This document shows positions 27,770-36,054 of a stretch of 57,384 nt of DNA, one piece after another. The stretch comes from a virus. Lineage: Duplodnaviria; Caudoviricetes. Below the pieces are notes generated by a model. That model was not told the DNA's origin. It was given only the letters and a program-made list of their open reading frames with translations, and did not search any database. The stretch spans positions 1 through 57,384 of the IMG/VR virus record IMGVR_UViG_3300028041_000098; one strand, written 5' to 3'. The translations under genes and the position numbers were made by a program. Position 1 is the stretch's first letter. Each line of letters starts with the position of its first letter.

Positions 27770-27977
27770 CCGTCGGGCTGACGCCGGCCGCCTCGGCGGC
27801 GCCGTCACGTCCCCGGCGAAGGCCGCGGCCGCTCGGCGCAATGGTGCGCTGAGGTCTCGGTCAATCTGCACCTGCCACTGCCTCTACAGCCGACACCGCG
27901 CGCAGCGCGACGGGTCACGCGGGAGCTGCAAGGATTGCCCGTGCCCCCGGTTCCGCCTGCTGGACGCCCGCAAATAA
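27747..27977 (+). CDS. Small basic protein with GG..TSPAKAAAARRNG motif and Cys/His finger
   Basis: GTGA overlap with hicB; CTCHC...H...CKDCPC. Confidence 0.55.
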   Translation: MIGGSTTSRRADAGRLGGAVTSPAKAAAARRNGALRSRSICTCHCLYSRHRAQRDGSRGSCKDCPCPRFRLLDARK

Positions 27978-28007
27978 CTGTCTACACTGAGGTGCGGAGG
28001 TGTTCGG

Positions 28008-28355
28008 GTGGACGACCCCCGCACGATCAAGGGCCCGATCGCGGGCCCCGACGACATCCCGGCCGGCTTCGCCCTCGGCCCGGGTGGGCTTCTCGTCCCG
28101 CAGGGTGACGCCCCCCGCGCGCGCGAGGTGTGGCGCGAGGAGGAGCGGAAGGCGATCCTGGCGGCCATCCGGATCGCCGAGCGGCACGACCTGCTCCTGA
28201 TGGTCGGCTGCAAGGACGACCGGTGCGCCGAGCACCCGCTGGTGGTCGAGCGGGAGCTGGAGGACGGCTCCCTGGCGTGGGTGTGCGACCACAAGGTGCG
28301 CGTCCTGACGCGGCCGCCTCGCCCGCGGCCGGCGCGGAAGGGGTTCAGGCCCTGA
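28008..28355 (+). CDS. Hypothetical protein
   Basis: GGAGGT RBS, codon bias. Confidence 0.7.
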   Translation: MDDPRTIKGPIAGPDDIPAGFALGPGGLLVPQGDAPRAREVWREEERKAILAAIRIAERHDLLLMVGCKDDRCAEHPLVVERELEDGSLAWVCDHKVRVLTRPPRPRPARKGFRP

Positions 28356-28356
28356 G

Positions 28357-28767
28357 ATGGCCTACCGGGTCATTTGCGAGGCTTGCGGACAGGCCATGGG
28401 GAACCCCGCCTGCGCCGTTTGTCGGCGCTCTGGGGGCAGCCAGAGCCTCGGACGGGCCGAACCGGCGCGGCCGCCTGACCCGCCTCGCCGGCCACCTGCT
28501 GGCGGTACGCGCGAGCGCCGCGATCCTCGCCGCCAGCACGCCCTGCAGGACGGCCGTCGAGCCAGCGATCCCACCCTCACGACCCGTGACGTCGCCGACC
28601 GGCTCGGCGTGTCAACGGCGTTCGTGATCGGGGAGATCCGCGACGGCCGGCTCACGGCCACGGTCTGGAAACGGGACGGGAAGCGGGCGATCTACCGGAT
28701 CGCGCCGGCCGACCTCGACGACTACGAGCGCCGCCACAGATGGAACCGGGGGCGCTCCGCCTCATAA
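28357..28767 (+). CDS. Zn-finger + HTH_17 (Xis/BldC-like) DNA-binding protein
   Basis: CEAC...CAVC; LTTRDVADRLGVS...IRDGRL...YRIAPADLDDY. Confidence 0.8.
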   Translation: MAYRVICEACGQAMGNPACAVCRRSGGSQSLGRAEPARPPDPPRRPPAGGTRERRDPRRQHALQDGRRASDPTLTTRDVADRLGVSTAFVIGEIRDGRLTATVWKRDGKRAIYRIAPADLDDYERRHRWNRGRSAS

Positions 28768-28774
28768 GCCCACC

Positions 28775-28837
28775 GAACGCACGGAACGCACCGATGCGAC
28801 GGAACGCGTGGAACGCACCGACGCAACGGACGAAACT
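28775..28837 (+). repeat. Seven 9-bp tandem degenerate repeats upstream of terS
   Basis: GAACGCACG GAACGCACC GATGCGACG GAACGCGTG GAACGCACC GACGCAACG GACGAAACT. Confidence 0.85.
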
Positions 28838-28991
28838 GAGCCTTTGCACGGGAATTCGGTCGTGCGACCCTCCAGACTGACGCGACGGTCCTGAGCCGGA
28901 TCGGCGCGTCGCCAACCACCACAACTTATTCGCTGCGCCTTATGGGCGAACACCGTGCGCGCGGCCGCGCTGCGCTCGGAGAAAGGCCGGA

Positions 28992-29603
28992 GTGCCGTCG
29001 AAGGTTCCGCGTGCGCTCGTCGTCGAACGCGAGACGACCGCGTGGCGGATGGCGTGTGCCGGGAAATCGCAGTCGGAGATCGCCGAGCATCTCGGGATCA
29101 CCCAGCCGGCGGTCAGTCAGATCCTGAAACGCGTCTCCACCCGGGTGCTCAAGGACCTCGATGGCTCCGTCGCCCGGCAGAAGGTGATCCAGGACGTCCG
29201 CCTGGAACACATCTACGCCGAGTCGATGGAGGCCTGGGCGAAGTCGAAGACTCCGAAGAAGAAGTCCAAGCGAAAGAAGCTCACTGCCGGTCTCTCGCCT
29301 ACGCAGCTCGCACAACTGCCGGACGGCGTAGCCCTGCCCGGACGGAATGGCGCACCGCTGACCCTCCGCGAGGAGACGACCGACGAGGCCTGCACGTCGG
29401 ACGGCAATTTCCTGTTCCTGCAGACGGCGCTGATGGCGCTCGCCGACAAGCGGAAGCTGTGGGGCATCGACGCGCCGAAGAAGGTGGATCTCGTCGATCA
29501 GCGCCGGCCGCTCGAGAAGCTCACCGACGAGGAGCTCCTGGCGCGCGCGCGCGAGAACGCGGCGCTCCTCGAGGCGGACGATGACCGGGAGCACGGCCAT
29601 TGA
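28992..29603 (+). CDS. terS: Terminase small subunit (HTH)
   Basis: N-terminal HTH, RKLWGIDAPKKVD, EKLTDEELL; directly before terL. Confidence 0.8.
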   Translation: MPSKVPRALVVERETTAWRMACAGKSQSEIAEHLGITQPAVSQILKRVSTRVLKDLDGSVARQKVIQDVRLEHIYAESMEAWAKSKTPKKKSKRKKLTAGLSPTQLAQLPDGVALPGRNGAPLTLREETTDEACTSDGNFLFLQTALMALADKRKLWGIDAPKKVDLVDQRRPLEKLTDEELLARARENAALLEADDDREHGH

Positions 29604-31399
29604 TCCGCGCGCTCTGCGTCGCGCTCGCCACGATCGGAGCGCTGCTCGTGGGTGACGTGCGCCTGGCCACCGCCGGCGAGCAGGCCGCGGTGCGCACGCG
29701 GCCGACCGCCAAGCAACTGCTGCGGTCGATCGAGGCGCAGGAAGAGCTGCTCGCGCGCAAGGCGGAGACCTCGCTGCGATCGTTCTACCGCCAGCAGTGG
29801 AAGATCGTCGAGCGCCTGCAGCCGCGGGTCGACAACTGGCACGTCGATGCGATCTGCGATCACCTGCAGGCGACGGTCGCGCCACCGAACGAGCGGCCGC
29901 AGATCAACCAGCTGGTGATCAACGTGCCGCCGCGGAACTCGAAGTCCACGACCACGTGCGTGGCGTTCCCCTCGTGGGTGTGGGGCCCGCGGAACCTGCC
30001 AGGGAAACGGTTCATCTTCATCACGCACGCGCTGCGCCTGGCGCGTCGCGACTCGCGCTACACGCGCGCGGTCATCACGTCGGGTTGGTACCAGCAGAAC
30101 TGGGGCGCGCGGTTCCGCCTGACCGGCGACCAGAACGCGAAGGACCGCTTCGATAACGACCAGACCGGCTACCGCATGATCGGCTCGATGCGCGGCGGCG
30201 TCATGGGCGAGGGCGCGAACTACCTCGTCGTCGACGATCCGATCGACGCCAACAAGCTCGCGAGCCAGAACGAGCTCGAGCACATCGTCGAGATGTGGAA
30301 GACGGGGCTCGTCACCCGCCTCAACGACCAGATCAACGACGTCCGGATCATCATCATGCAGCGGCTGCACGAAAACGACCTGTGCGGCCACGTGCTGAAG
30401 GAGGACGGCTGGGTCCACCTGAAGCTGCCGGCGGCGTTCGAGGTCGAGGATCGGTGCCGGACGTTCGTGTACGTGAGGAGGGATGATGCCGCAGGAGCCG
30501 AGGCCGGTACCAACGAACCAGATTCGACCGGCGCCGCCGCCACCCCCGCCGCCGAAGAGGACCTGCCCACACTGCGGCAGGTAGCGCCGGTCGGCCACAA
30601 ACGCGTCCTCTTCTTCGAAGACCCGCGCACCGAGGAAGGTGAGCCGCTGAACCCGAAGCGGTTCCCGCGCGAAGCGCTTGACAAGATGCGCGCGGAGGAC
30701 GAGGTCGTCTTCGCCGCGCAGCAACAGCAGCGCCCGGCCCCGCGAGGCGGCCAGATCCTGCAGGAGCAGTGGTGGCGGTACTACGATGCGCTGCCCGTCG
30801 ACGCCGAGGGAAAGCCGCGGAAGCCCGATCACGGCGCGCAGTCGTGGGACCTCGCGTTCAAGGATCTCAAGACGTCCGACTTCATCGCCTGCCTCGTCGG
30901 CGAGCTGTACGGCCCCGACATCTACATTCGCGCGTACTTCATGGACCGCCGCGGCTTCGGCGCGAGCTGCGACGAGATCCGACAGATGCGCAGCCGGTAC
31001 CCGCACCTGCCCGCGATCCTCATCGAGGACAAGGCCAACGGACCCGCCGTGATCGAGGTCCTCCGGCAGGAGATCTCCGGCATCGTGGACGTCGATCCGC
31101 AGGGCGGCAAGGTGGCCCGCGCGTTCGCTGCGCAGCCCACGCTGAAGGGCGGCAACGTCTACCTGCCGAACCCGATCGACGGCAGGACAGGGAAGGTGAT
31201 GCCCGAGCGGGCGTGGGTGCAGCGCTTCGTCGCGAACTGCGCCGTGTTCCCCAAGGGACGGCACGACGACGACGTCGACGCGTTCACCCAGCTCGTGACC
31301 TATCTCCGCGGCACGCACAACGCGATGCTCGACTTCATGAAGCAGCTGAAGGCGCGGGACGCGGAGCGCGCGCGCAAGGAGCGCGAGGGCCGTGGATGA
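29600..31399 (+). CDS. terL: Terminase large subunit
   Basis: INVPPRNSKS, LVVDDP, IMQRLHENDL, SWDLAFK, IEDKANG, HDDDVDA; start uncertain (TTG 29600 vs GTG 29690). Confidence 0.95.
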   Translation: MIRALCVALATIGALLVGDVRLATAGEQAAVRTRPTAKQLLRSIEAQEELLARKAETSLRSFYRQQWKIVERLQPRVDNWHVDAICDHLQATVAPPNERPQINQLVINVPPRNSKSTTTCVAFPSWVWGPRNLPGKRFIFITHALRLARRDSRYTRAVITSGWYQQNWGARFRLTGDQNAKDRFDNDQTGYRMIGSMRGGVMGEGANYLVVDDPIDANKLASQNELEHIVEMWKTGLVTRLNDQINDVRIIIMQRLHENDLCGHVLKEDGWVHLKLPAAFEVEDRCRTFVYVRRDDAAGAEAGTNEPDSTGAAATPAAEEDLPTLRQVAPVGHKRVLFFEDPRTEEGEPLNPKRFPREALDKMRAEDEVVFAAQQQQRPAPRGGQILQEQWWRYYDALPVDAEGKPRKPDHGAQSWDLAFKDLKTSDFIACLVGELYGPDIYIRAYFMDRRGFGASCDEIRQMRSRYPHLPAILIEDKANGPAVIEVLRQEISGIVDVDPQGGKVARAFAAQPTLKGGNVYLPNPIDGRTGKVMPERAWVQRFVANCAVFPKGRHDDDVDAFTQLVTYLRGTHNAMLDFMKQLKARDAERARKEREGRG

Positions 31400-31800
31400 C
31401 CAGCGAGCAGCTGCAGGCCCTCGCGCGGCTCACGGCGTCCACCCGCGACGTGGTCGCCCAGCTGCGAGTGATCGCCCACGCGGCGCCAGCCGCCGCGGCC
31501 GCCACGGAGATCGGCCAGACGCTGGCGCAGCTGCAGGCCGAGGTGGCGCTGCTCGCGGACGCCGTGCAGGAGACGCACGCGCGCACCTGGCTCAACACCA
31601 ACCCGCCGCGTCCGCCGGCGCCGGTGACGTCCGCCGACCTGCCGCACGGCGTGCACGTGCGGAAGTTCGACCCGAACGGCCGCGCGACGACCGAAGCCAA
31701 CAGCGCGGCGCCGGCGCTGTCCGGCCGCTGGCAGATCGGCACCCTCGGTCGCCCGAAGCCACGCTCCCGGAGCGCAGAGGCGGGATGTCAGGAGCGATGA
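31396..31800 (+). CDS. Hypothetical protein between terL and portal
   Basis: ATGA overlap, coiled coil. Confidence 0.6.
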   Translation: MTSEQLQALARLTASTRDVVAQLRVIAHAAPAAAAATEIGQTLAQLQAEVALLADAVQETHARTWLNTNPPRPPAPVTSADLPHGVHVRKFDPNGRATTEANSAAPALSGRWQIGTLGRPKPRSRSAEAGCQER

Positions 31801-31801
31801 G

Positions 31802-33703
31802 ATGAAGATCTTCGGGGACATCAGTCCCACACCCGACTCAGTCACGAAGAAGATCCCCGCCGGCGGGGTGGCGGCGCGTGATCTGTCGGCCGATGCCGAT
31901 CGCCTCAGCCGACGCGGGGCCTTCGCGGATCAGGGGGCCCCGGCGGCCGGCGCGCGTCCGCACCCGGGCCCGATCCCGGCGTCCGGCGAGACCGGACCCG
32001 CCGAGAACCTGCGGCACGCGCCCATCCGCTGGAATTACCCCTACGCGTATAACCAGGTCTGGACACCGCGCAGCAAGGCCCTCACGCCCTTCGCGGTCCT
32101 GCGCCAGCTCGCCGAAGTCGACGACATCATCCGCATCTGCATCGAGACGCGGAAGGATCAGATGACGTCGCTCGACTGGGACATCGTCCCGCGCGACAAG
32201 AAACAGGGGAGCGGGCTGACGGCGAAGATCCAGCTCGCGCGGGAGTTCTTCGCGCGTCCCGATCGGCGCCGCGATTTCAGCACCTGGTTGCGCATGGCGA
32301 TCGAGGACGTGCTCGTCGTGGATGCGTTGAGCATCTACCGTCGGCGCACGCGCGGCGGCCGGCTGTACGCGCTCGAGCTGAAGGACGGCACGACCTTTCT
32401 GCCGCTCCTCGATGAGGACGGGGATCTGCCGCTGCCGCCGAAGATCGCGTACCGCCAGATCATCAACGGCGTGCCGATGGAGGGCGGCGACTGCACGGTC
32501 GACGAGCTGATGTACCGCCCGCGGACCGTCCGGACGCACACGCCGTACGGCCTCTCGCCCACCGAGGCGGTCCTGCTGACGGTGAACGCTGCGCTGAGTC
32601 GGCAGGTGTTCAACCTGCAGTACTACACCGAGGGCAACGTGCCCGAAGGGCTCCTCGAGGTACCGAGCTCCTTCACGACCACGCAGCAGATGGCCGACTT
32701 CCAGGAATACCTGGACGACTATCTCGCCGGGCTCGACAACCTCGGGCGGCGTCGGCGCCTGAAGGTCGTCGGGTCCGGCAGCAAGGTCCATGAGTTCAAG
32801 GAGCCGGATTTCACCAGCGTGTACGACGAGTGGCTCCTGAAGGTCCGCTGCGCCGCGTTCGCGGTCCCGCCGCAGGAAGTCGGATTCACGGCCGACGTGA
32901 ACAAGGCCACGGGCGAGCAACAGGAAAACGTCGCCTACCGCCGCGGCGTGAAGCCACTCGGCCGGTTCTTCAAGGGCATCTTCGACGAGGCCCTCGTCGC
33001 GATGGATGCGGCGGAGCTCGAATGGGTGTGGACGGGTGGCGAGGTCGAAGACAAGCTGAAGCAGGCCCAGGCCGACAGGATCTACGTCTCGATGGGGAAG
33101 ACGAGCGTCGACGAGCTGCGGTCGCGCGATGGCCAGGAGCCGATCGGCCTGGGGCCCTACATCGAAACCGCGATGGGCCCCATCTTCGTCGACGAGCTGC
33201 TCACCGGTCGTGACCCCGACGCGGACCTGACCACGACCGACGGCGGTCGGACGCCGGCGGGCGAGACGCTCGACGGCGACGCGAAGACCACGCCCTCTGG
33301 GAAGGGTGCCGCGCAGGCGCTCGCCGAGGCGCAGGAGGACGGCGCCGAGAAGCTGTCCGACGCGGCGCTCGCTGATCTGCGGAAGTGGCGCGCGTGTGCC
33401 ATCAAGGCCGTGAAGGCGGGCCGCGCCGTGCCGGAGTTCGTGTCCGACACCATCCCGCTCGAGCTGCACGTGCGCGTCGAGCGATTCGTCAAGCTGGCGG
33501 CCGCCTCGGGGGACGTCGGGAAGGTCGTCGTCGCCTTCGACCTGGCGATCGCGGATCACCAGGTCACGAAGGCCGGCGAAAGCCGCACCATGACGCGGCT
33601 CGAGCAGCGCGCCGCGAAGGCCTACCAGCGGCTGATGAAGCGGCACTTCAGGGCGCAGGGGCGGGCGCTCGCCGAGCACCTCAAGCAGGGGCTCGGATCA
33701 TGA
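31802..33703 (+). CDS. Portal protein
   Basis: YGLSPTE, YYTEGNVPEG, CAAFAVPPQEVG, DELRSRDGQEP. Confidence 0.92.
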   Translation: MKIFGDISPTPDSVTKKIPAGGVAARDLSADADRLSRRGAFADQGAPAAGARPHPGPIPASGETGPAENLRHAPIRWNYPYAYNQVWTPRSKALTPFAVLRQLAEVDDIIRICIETRKDQMTSLDWDIVPRDKKQGSGLTAKIQLAREFFARPDRRRDFSTWLRMAIEDVLVVDALSIYRRRTRGGRLYALELKDGTTFLPLLDEDGDLPLPPKIAYRQIINGVPMEGGDCTVDELMYRPRTVRTHTPYGLSPTEAVLLTVNAALSRQVFNLQYYTEGNVPEGLLEVPSSFTTTQQMADFQEYLDDYLAGLDNLGRRRRLKVVGSGSKVHEFKEPDFTSVYDEWLLKVRCAAFAVPPQEVGFTADVNKATGEQQENVAYRRGVKPLGRFFKGIFDEALVAMDAAELEWVWTGGEVEDKLKQAQADRIYVSMGKTSVDELRSRDGQEPIGLGPYIETAMGPIFVDELLTGRDPDADLTTTDGGRTPAGETLDGDAKTTPSGKGAAQALAEAQEDGAEKLSDAALADLRKWRACAIKAVKAGRAVPEFVSDTIPLELHVRVERFVKLAAASGDVGKVVVAFDLAIADHQVTKAGESRTMTRLEQRAAKAYQRLMKRHFRAQGRALAEHLKQGLGS

Positions 33704-34182
33704 CGCTGCGGCATGAACCTATCGCGGTGCCGCAGGGCTTTGCCGGCGAAGGGCTGCGCGAGTACCTGCCGATCGCGACCTCGCCGCGCCCGCCGCGCCG
33801 CTGGCCGTGGCTGCTGGCCCTCGTGACGCTGACGTTCATCGTCGGCCTCTGGTGCGGCACGCAGGTCCACGCCGCGAGTTGCCTCACGCTGAAGGTGCGG
33901 CCCCAGGCCATGCTGCGCCGCGGCGACGTGTCGGTCGAGGCGCGGATCCCGCGACACGCCGATCATCGGCTCCTCGCCGTCTCCTGGCTGTCGGAAAACG
34001 GCAAGGACGGCGGCTACCAGGTCCCGCTCGAGGGCGACCAGGCGCCGGCGGTGCGCACGGACTGGCTGCGCGACATGCCGCCGGCGCATTACGTGTTCAC
34101 CGCCGCTGTCATCGATAGCCGCGGCAAGGTGGTCGGTCGTGATCGCGCCGAAATCCTGACGATCGAAGGGGACCCGCGGTGA
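33700..34182 (+). CDS. Exported/membrane-anchored beta-sandwich-like protein
   Basis: RRWPWLLALVTLTFIVGLWCGTQVHA-A then beta-rich domain. Confidence 0.65.
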   Translation: MTLRHEPIAVPQGFAGEGLREYLPIATSPRPPRRWPWLLALVTLTFIVGLWCGTQVHAASCLTLKVRPQAMLRRGDVSVEARIPRHADHRLLAVSWLSENGKDGGYQVPLEGDQAPAVRTDWLRDMPPAHYVFTAAVIDSRGKVVGRDRAEILTIEGDPR

Positions 34183-34781
34183 AGACCATCCGCCAGATCG
34201 CCGACATCACCCCCGATCCGCACAACGCGAACAAGGGCACGAAGCGCGGTCACGATCTTCTGGAGCGCTCGATCGAGCGCAACGGCGCCGGGCGATCCAT
34301 CGTCGTCGATCGGCACGGCGTGATCATCGCCGGCAACAAGACCTGGGAGATGGCCGGCCAGGCGGGCCTCGACGTCGAGGTCGTCAGGACGGACGGCCGG
34401 AAGCTCGTCGTCGTGCAACGCATGGATCTGGATCTCGCGAGCGGGACGGACGCGCGTGCGCGGGAGCTGGCGATCGCCGACAACCGGACGAGCGAGGTCA
34501 GCCTCGACTGGGATCCGAACGTCCTGCTCCACCACGTGCCCGGCGTCAGCCTGTCGGAGTACTTCTTCGACCGCGAGCTCGCGCGGATCCTCGGGGAGGC
34601 CGACGAGAAGGGGGAGCTGGCCCCGCTCCCGGACAACACCAAGCGGACGAGGGGACCCTCCGAAGAGTGTGAAAAACCGGAAGCCGGCCGCTCGATCGAG
34701 CCGGACGCGGCCGCAGCGCCGGCGCACGATCCCGCCGACGAGGACCAGACGATCTGCCCGGAGTGCGGACACACATGGTGA
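34179..34781 (+). CDS. Stand-alone ParB-like domain protein
   Basis: TPDPHNAN...GAGRSIVVD...IIAGN...LAIADNR; paralog of MTase N-terminus. Confidence 0.8.
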   Translation: MKTIRQIADITPDPHNANKGTKRGHDLLERSIERNGAGRSIVVDRHGVIIAGNKTWEMAGQAGLDVEVVRTDGRKLVVVQRMDLDLASGTDARARELAIADNRTSEVSLDWDPNVLLHHVPGVSLSEYFFDRELARILGEADEKGELAPLPDNTKRTRGPSEECEKPEAGRSIEPDAAAAPAHDPADEDQTICPECGHTW

Positions 34782-35209
34782 GGACCGTCGGACGGGTCGG
34801 GACGGCGATCGCCGCGGTGGCCTGGTTCACCGTGCTGGTGGTCGTGCTCGGCACGATCCTGCTGCTGAAGGGATGCGGCCGCGTCGTCCAGCGTCTGCGC
34901 CGGCGGCCGCCGGTACCGGTACCGCCGATCGACGACCGGCTCCTCGTGCCGCGGCCGGCGCCGGCGAAGATCAGCGCTGTGCCGCTGCCCTGTCGCTGGT
35001 GCGGTCGCACCACGTTTCATCTGCGTCGGCGTAGCGCCTTCGTGTGCGAGTTCCAAGCGGAGCACCACGCCACGGAAGCCTACCGGATGCTGGCCGCGGC
35101 GATGCCGCACGCGGACCTGTTCCCTGGCTGCGTGTGCGCGCCGGGCGAGCGCACGCTGTTCGAGGGCAAGCCGGATCCGTTCTGCTTCGCGCTGGAGCAC
35201 CGGCCGTGA
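34775..35209 (+). CDS. Membrane-anchored Cys-containing protein
   Basis: One TM helix; overlaps both neighbours. Confidence 0.55.
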   Translation: MVRTVGRVGTAIAAVAWFTVLVVVLGTILLLKGCGRVVQRLRRRPPVPVPPIDDRLLVPRPAPAKISAVPLPCRWCGRTTFHLRRRSAFVCEFQAEHHATEAYRMLAAAMPHADLFPGCVCAPGERTLFEGKPDPFCFALEHRP

Positions 35210-35832
35210 TCGTCGAGAAGAAGGACCCGCCGAAAAAGCGGCCGATCACTGCGAAGCAGCTGCGCGCGCTCGTGAAATCCTTCCCCTGGGCCGAGTGGAA
35301 CCAGCAGCTCGCTCCGGAGCTCGAGCAGGTGTATCGCGATCTCGTGGTCGGCCAGGGGACCGCCGCGGCCGCGGCGCACGACGTCACGTTCAATCAGGAC
35401 GACCCGTTCCTGCAGAAGCACATGACGGCATACCTCGGCGAGCGGATTACACAGTTGTCGCGGACATCACAAAAAGACGTGATCCGCACCGTCACCCGGG
35501 CGCTCGAGGGCGGCGACGACCTGACGCCGGCGACGCTCGCCGATCGCATCCTCGGGGCCGTGCGCAAGACCTACGAGCACTACGAGGTCTTCCGCGCGCT
35601 GCGGATCGCGCGGACCGAGAGCGCGATCGCCTACAACCACGGGGCGGTCCTCGGCGCCGAGCAGGCGGGGTTCAAGAGCTTCGAGGTCATCGATGGCACC
35701 GACGATCCGGAGTGCGCCGCCGCCAACGGGCAGGTGTGGAGCGGGACGAAGTGCCTGAACAACCCGATCGCGCACCCGAACTGCGTGCGGGCCTTTTTCC
35801 CGGTCGAGGAGGAGGAGTCGGACCGGGAATGA
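35206..35832 (+). CDS. Mu gpF/SPP1 gp7-like minor head protein
   Basis: RALRIARTESAIAYN...C...NG...HPNCVR. Confidence 0.88.
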   Translation: MIVEKKDPPKKRPITAKQLRALVKSFPWAEWNQQLAPELEQVYRDLVVGQGTAAAAAHDVTFNQDDPFLQKHMTAYLGERITQLSRTSQKDVIRTVTRALEGGDDLTPATLADRILGAVRKTYEHYEVFRALRIARTESAIAYNHGAVLGAEQAGFKSFEVIDGTDDPECAAANGQVWSGTKCLNNPIAHPNCVRAFFPVEEEESDRE

Positions 35833-35865
35833 ACCTTGCCCTGAGAGAGGGCTCATTCAGATTTC

Positions 35866-36028
35866 AGGTCGTCGGTCCGCCCGGGCCTCATGAACCCGGG
35901 TTGCGGCAGTGGGGCTCTCCGCTGCCAGGATCGACAACGCCAGAGGAGAGCCGCGAGCTAGAGCCGCTCGCACCCGGCGCCCGCAGCGCGATCTGCGGCC
36001 GCGGCCGGTTGCGGCGGCTTTTTGTTTG
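35866..36028 (+). ncRNA. Structured leader RNA, copy 1 (before prohead protease)
   Basis: Multi-stem junction with UCAUGA-loop hairpin, then AGAGCCGC...GCGGCUUUU hairpin; homologous to 43845-44007. Confidence 0.55.
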
Positions 36029-36054
36029 GCGGCTCCGTTTCTCACGAGGCACTC

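Noticed and set aside
28344-28360. Second CCC-TGA +1 frameshift joining 28008 to 28357
   Set aside because: The frame fits, but the downstream gene has its own ATG one base after the stop, so reinitiation explains it
28775-28837. Possible mini-CRISPR array
   Set aside because: Units are 9 bp and contiguous with no spacers; no cas genes (the 9522 nuclease sits in the recombination module)
30470-30610. Intein or intron in terL
   Set aside because: The insert is a short low-complexity loop without intein C/S...HN termini, and the frame is uninterrupted
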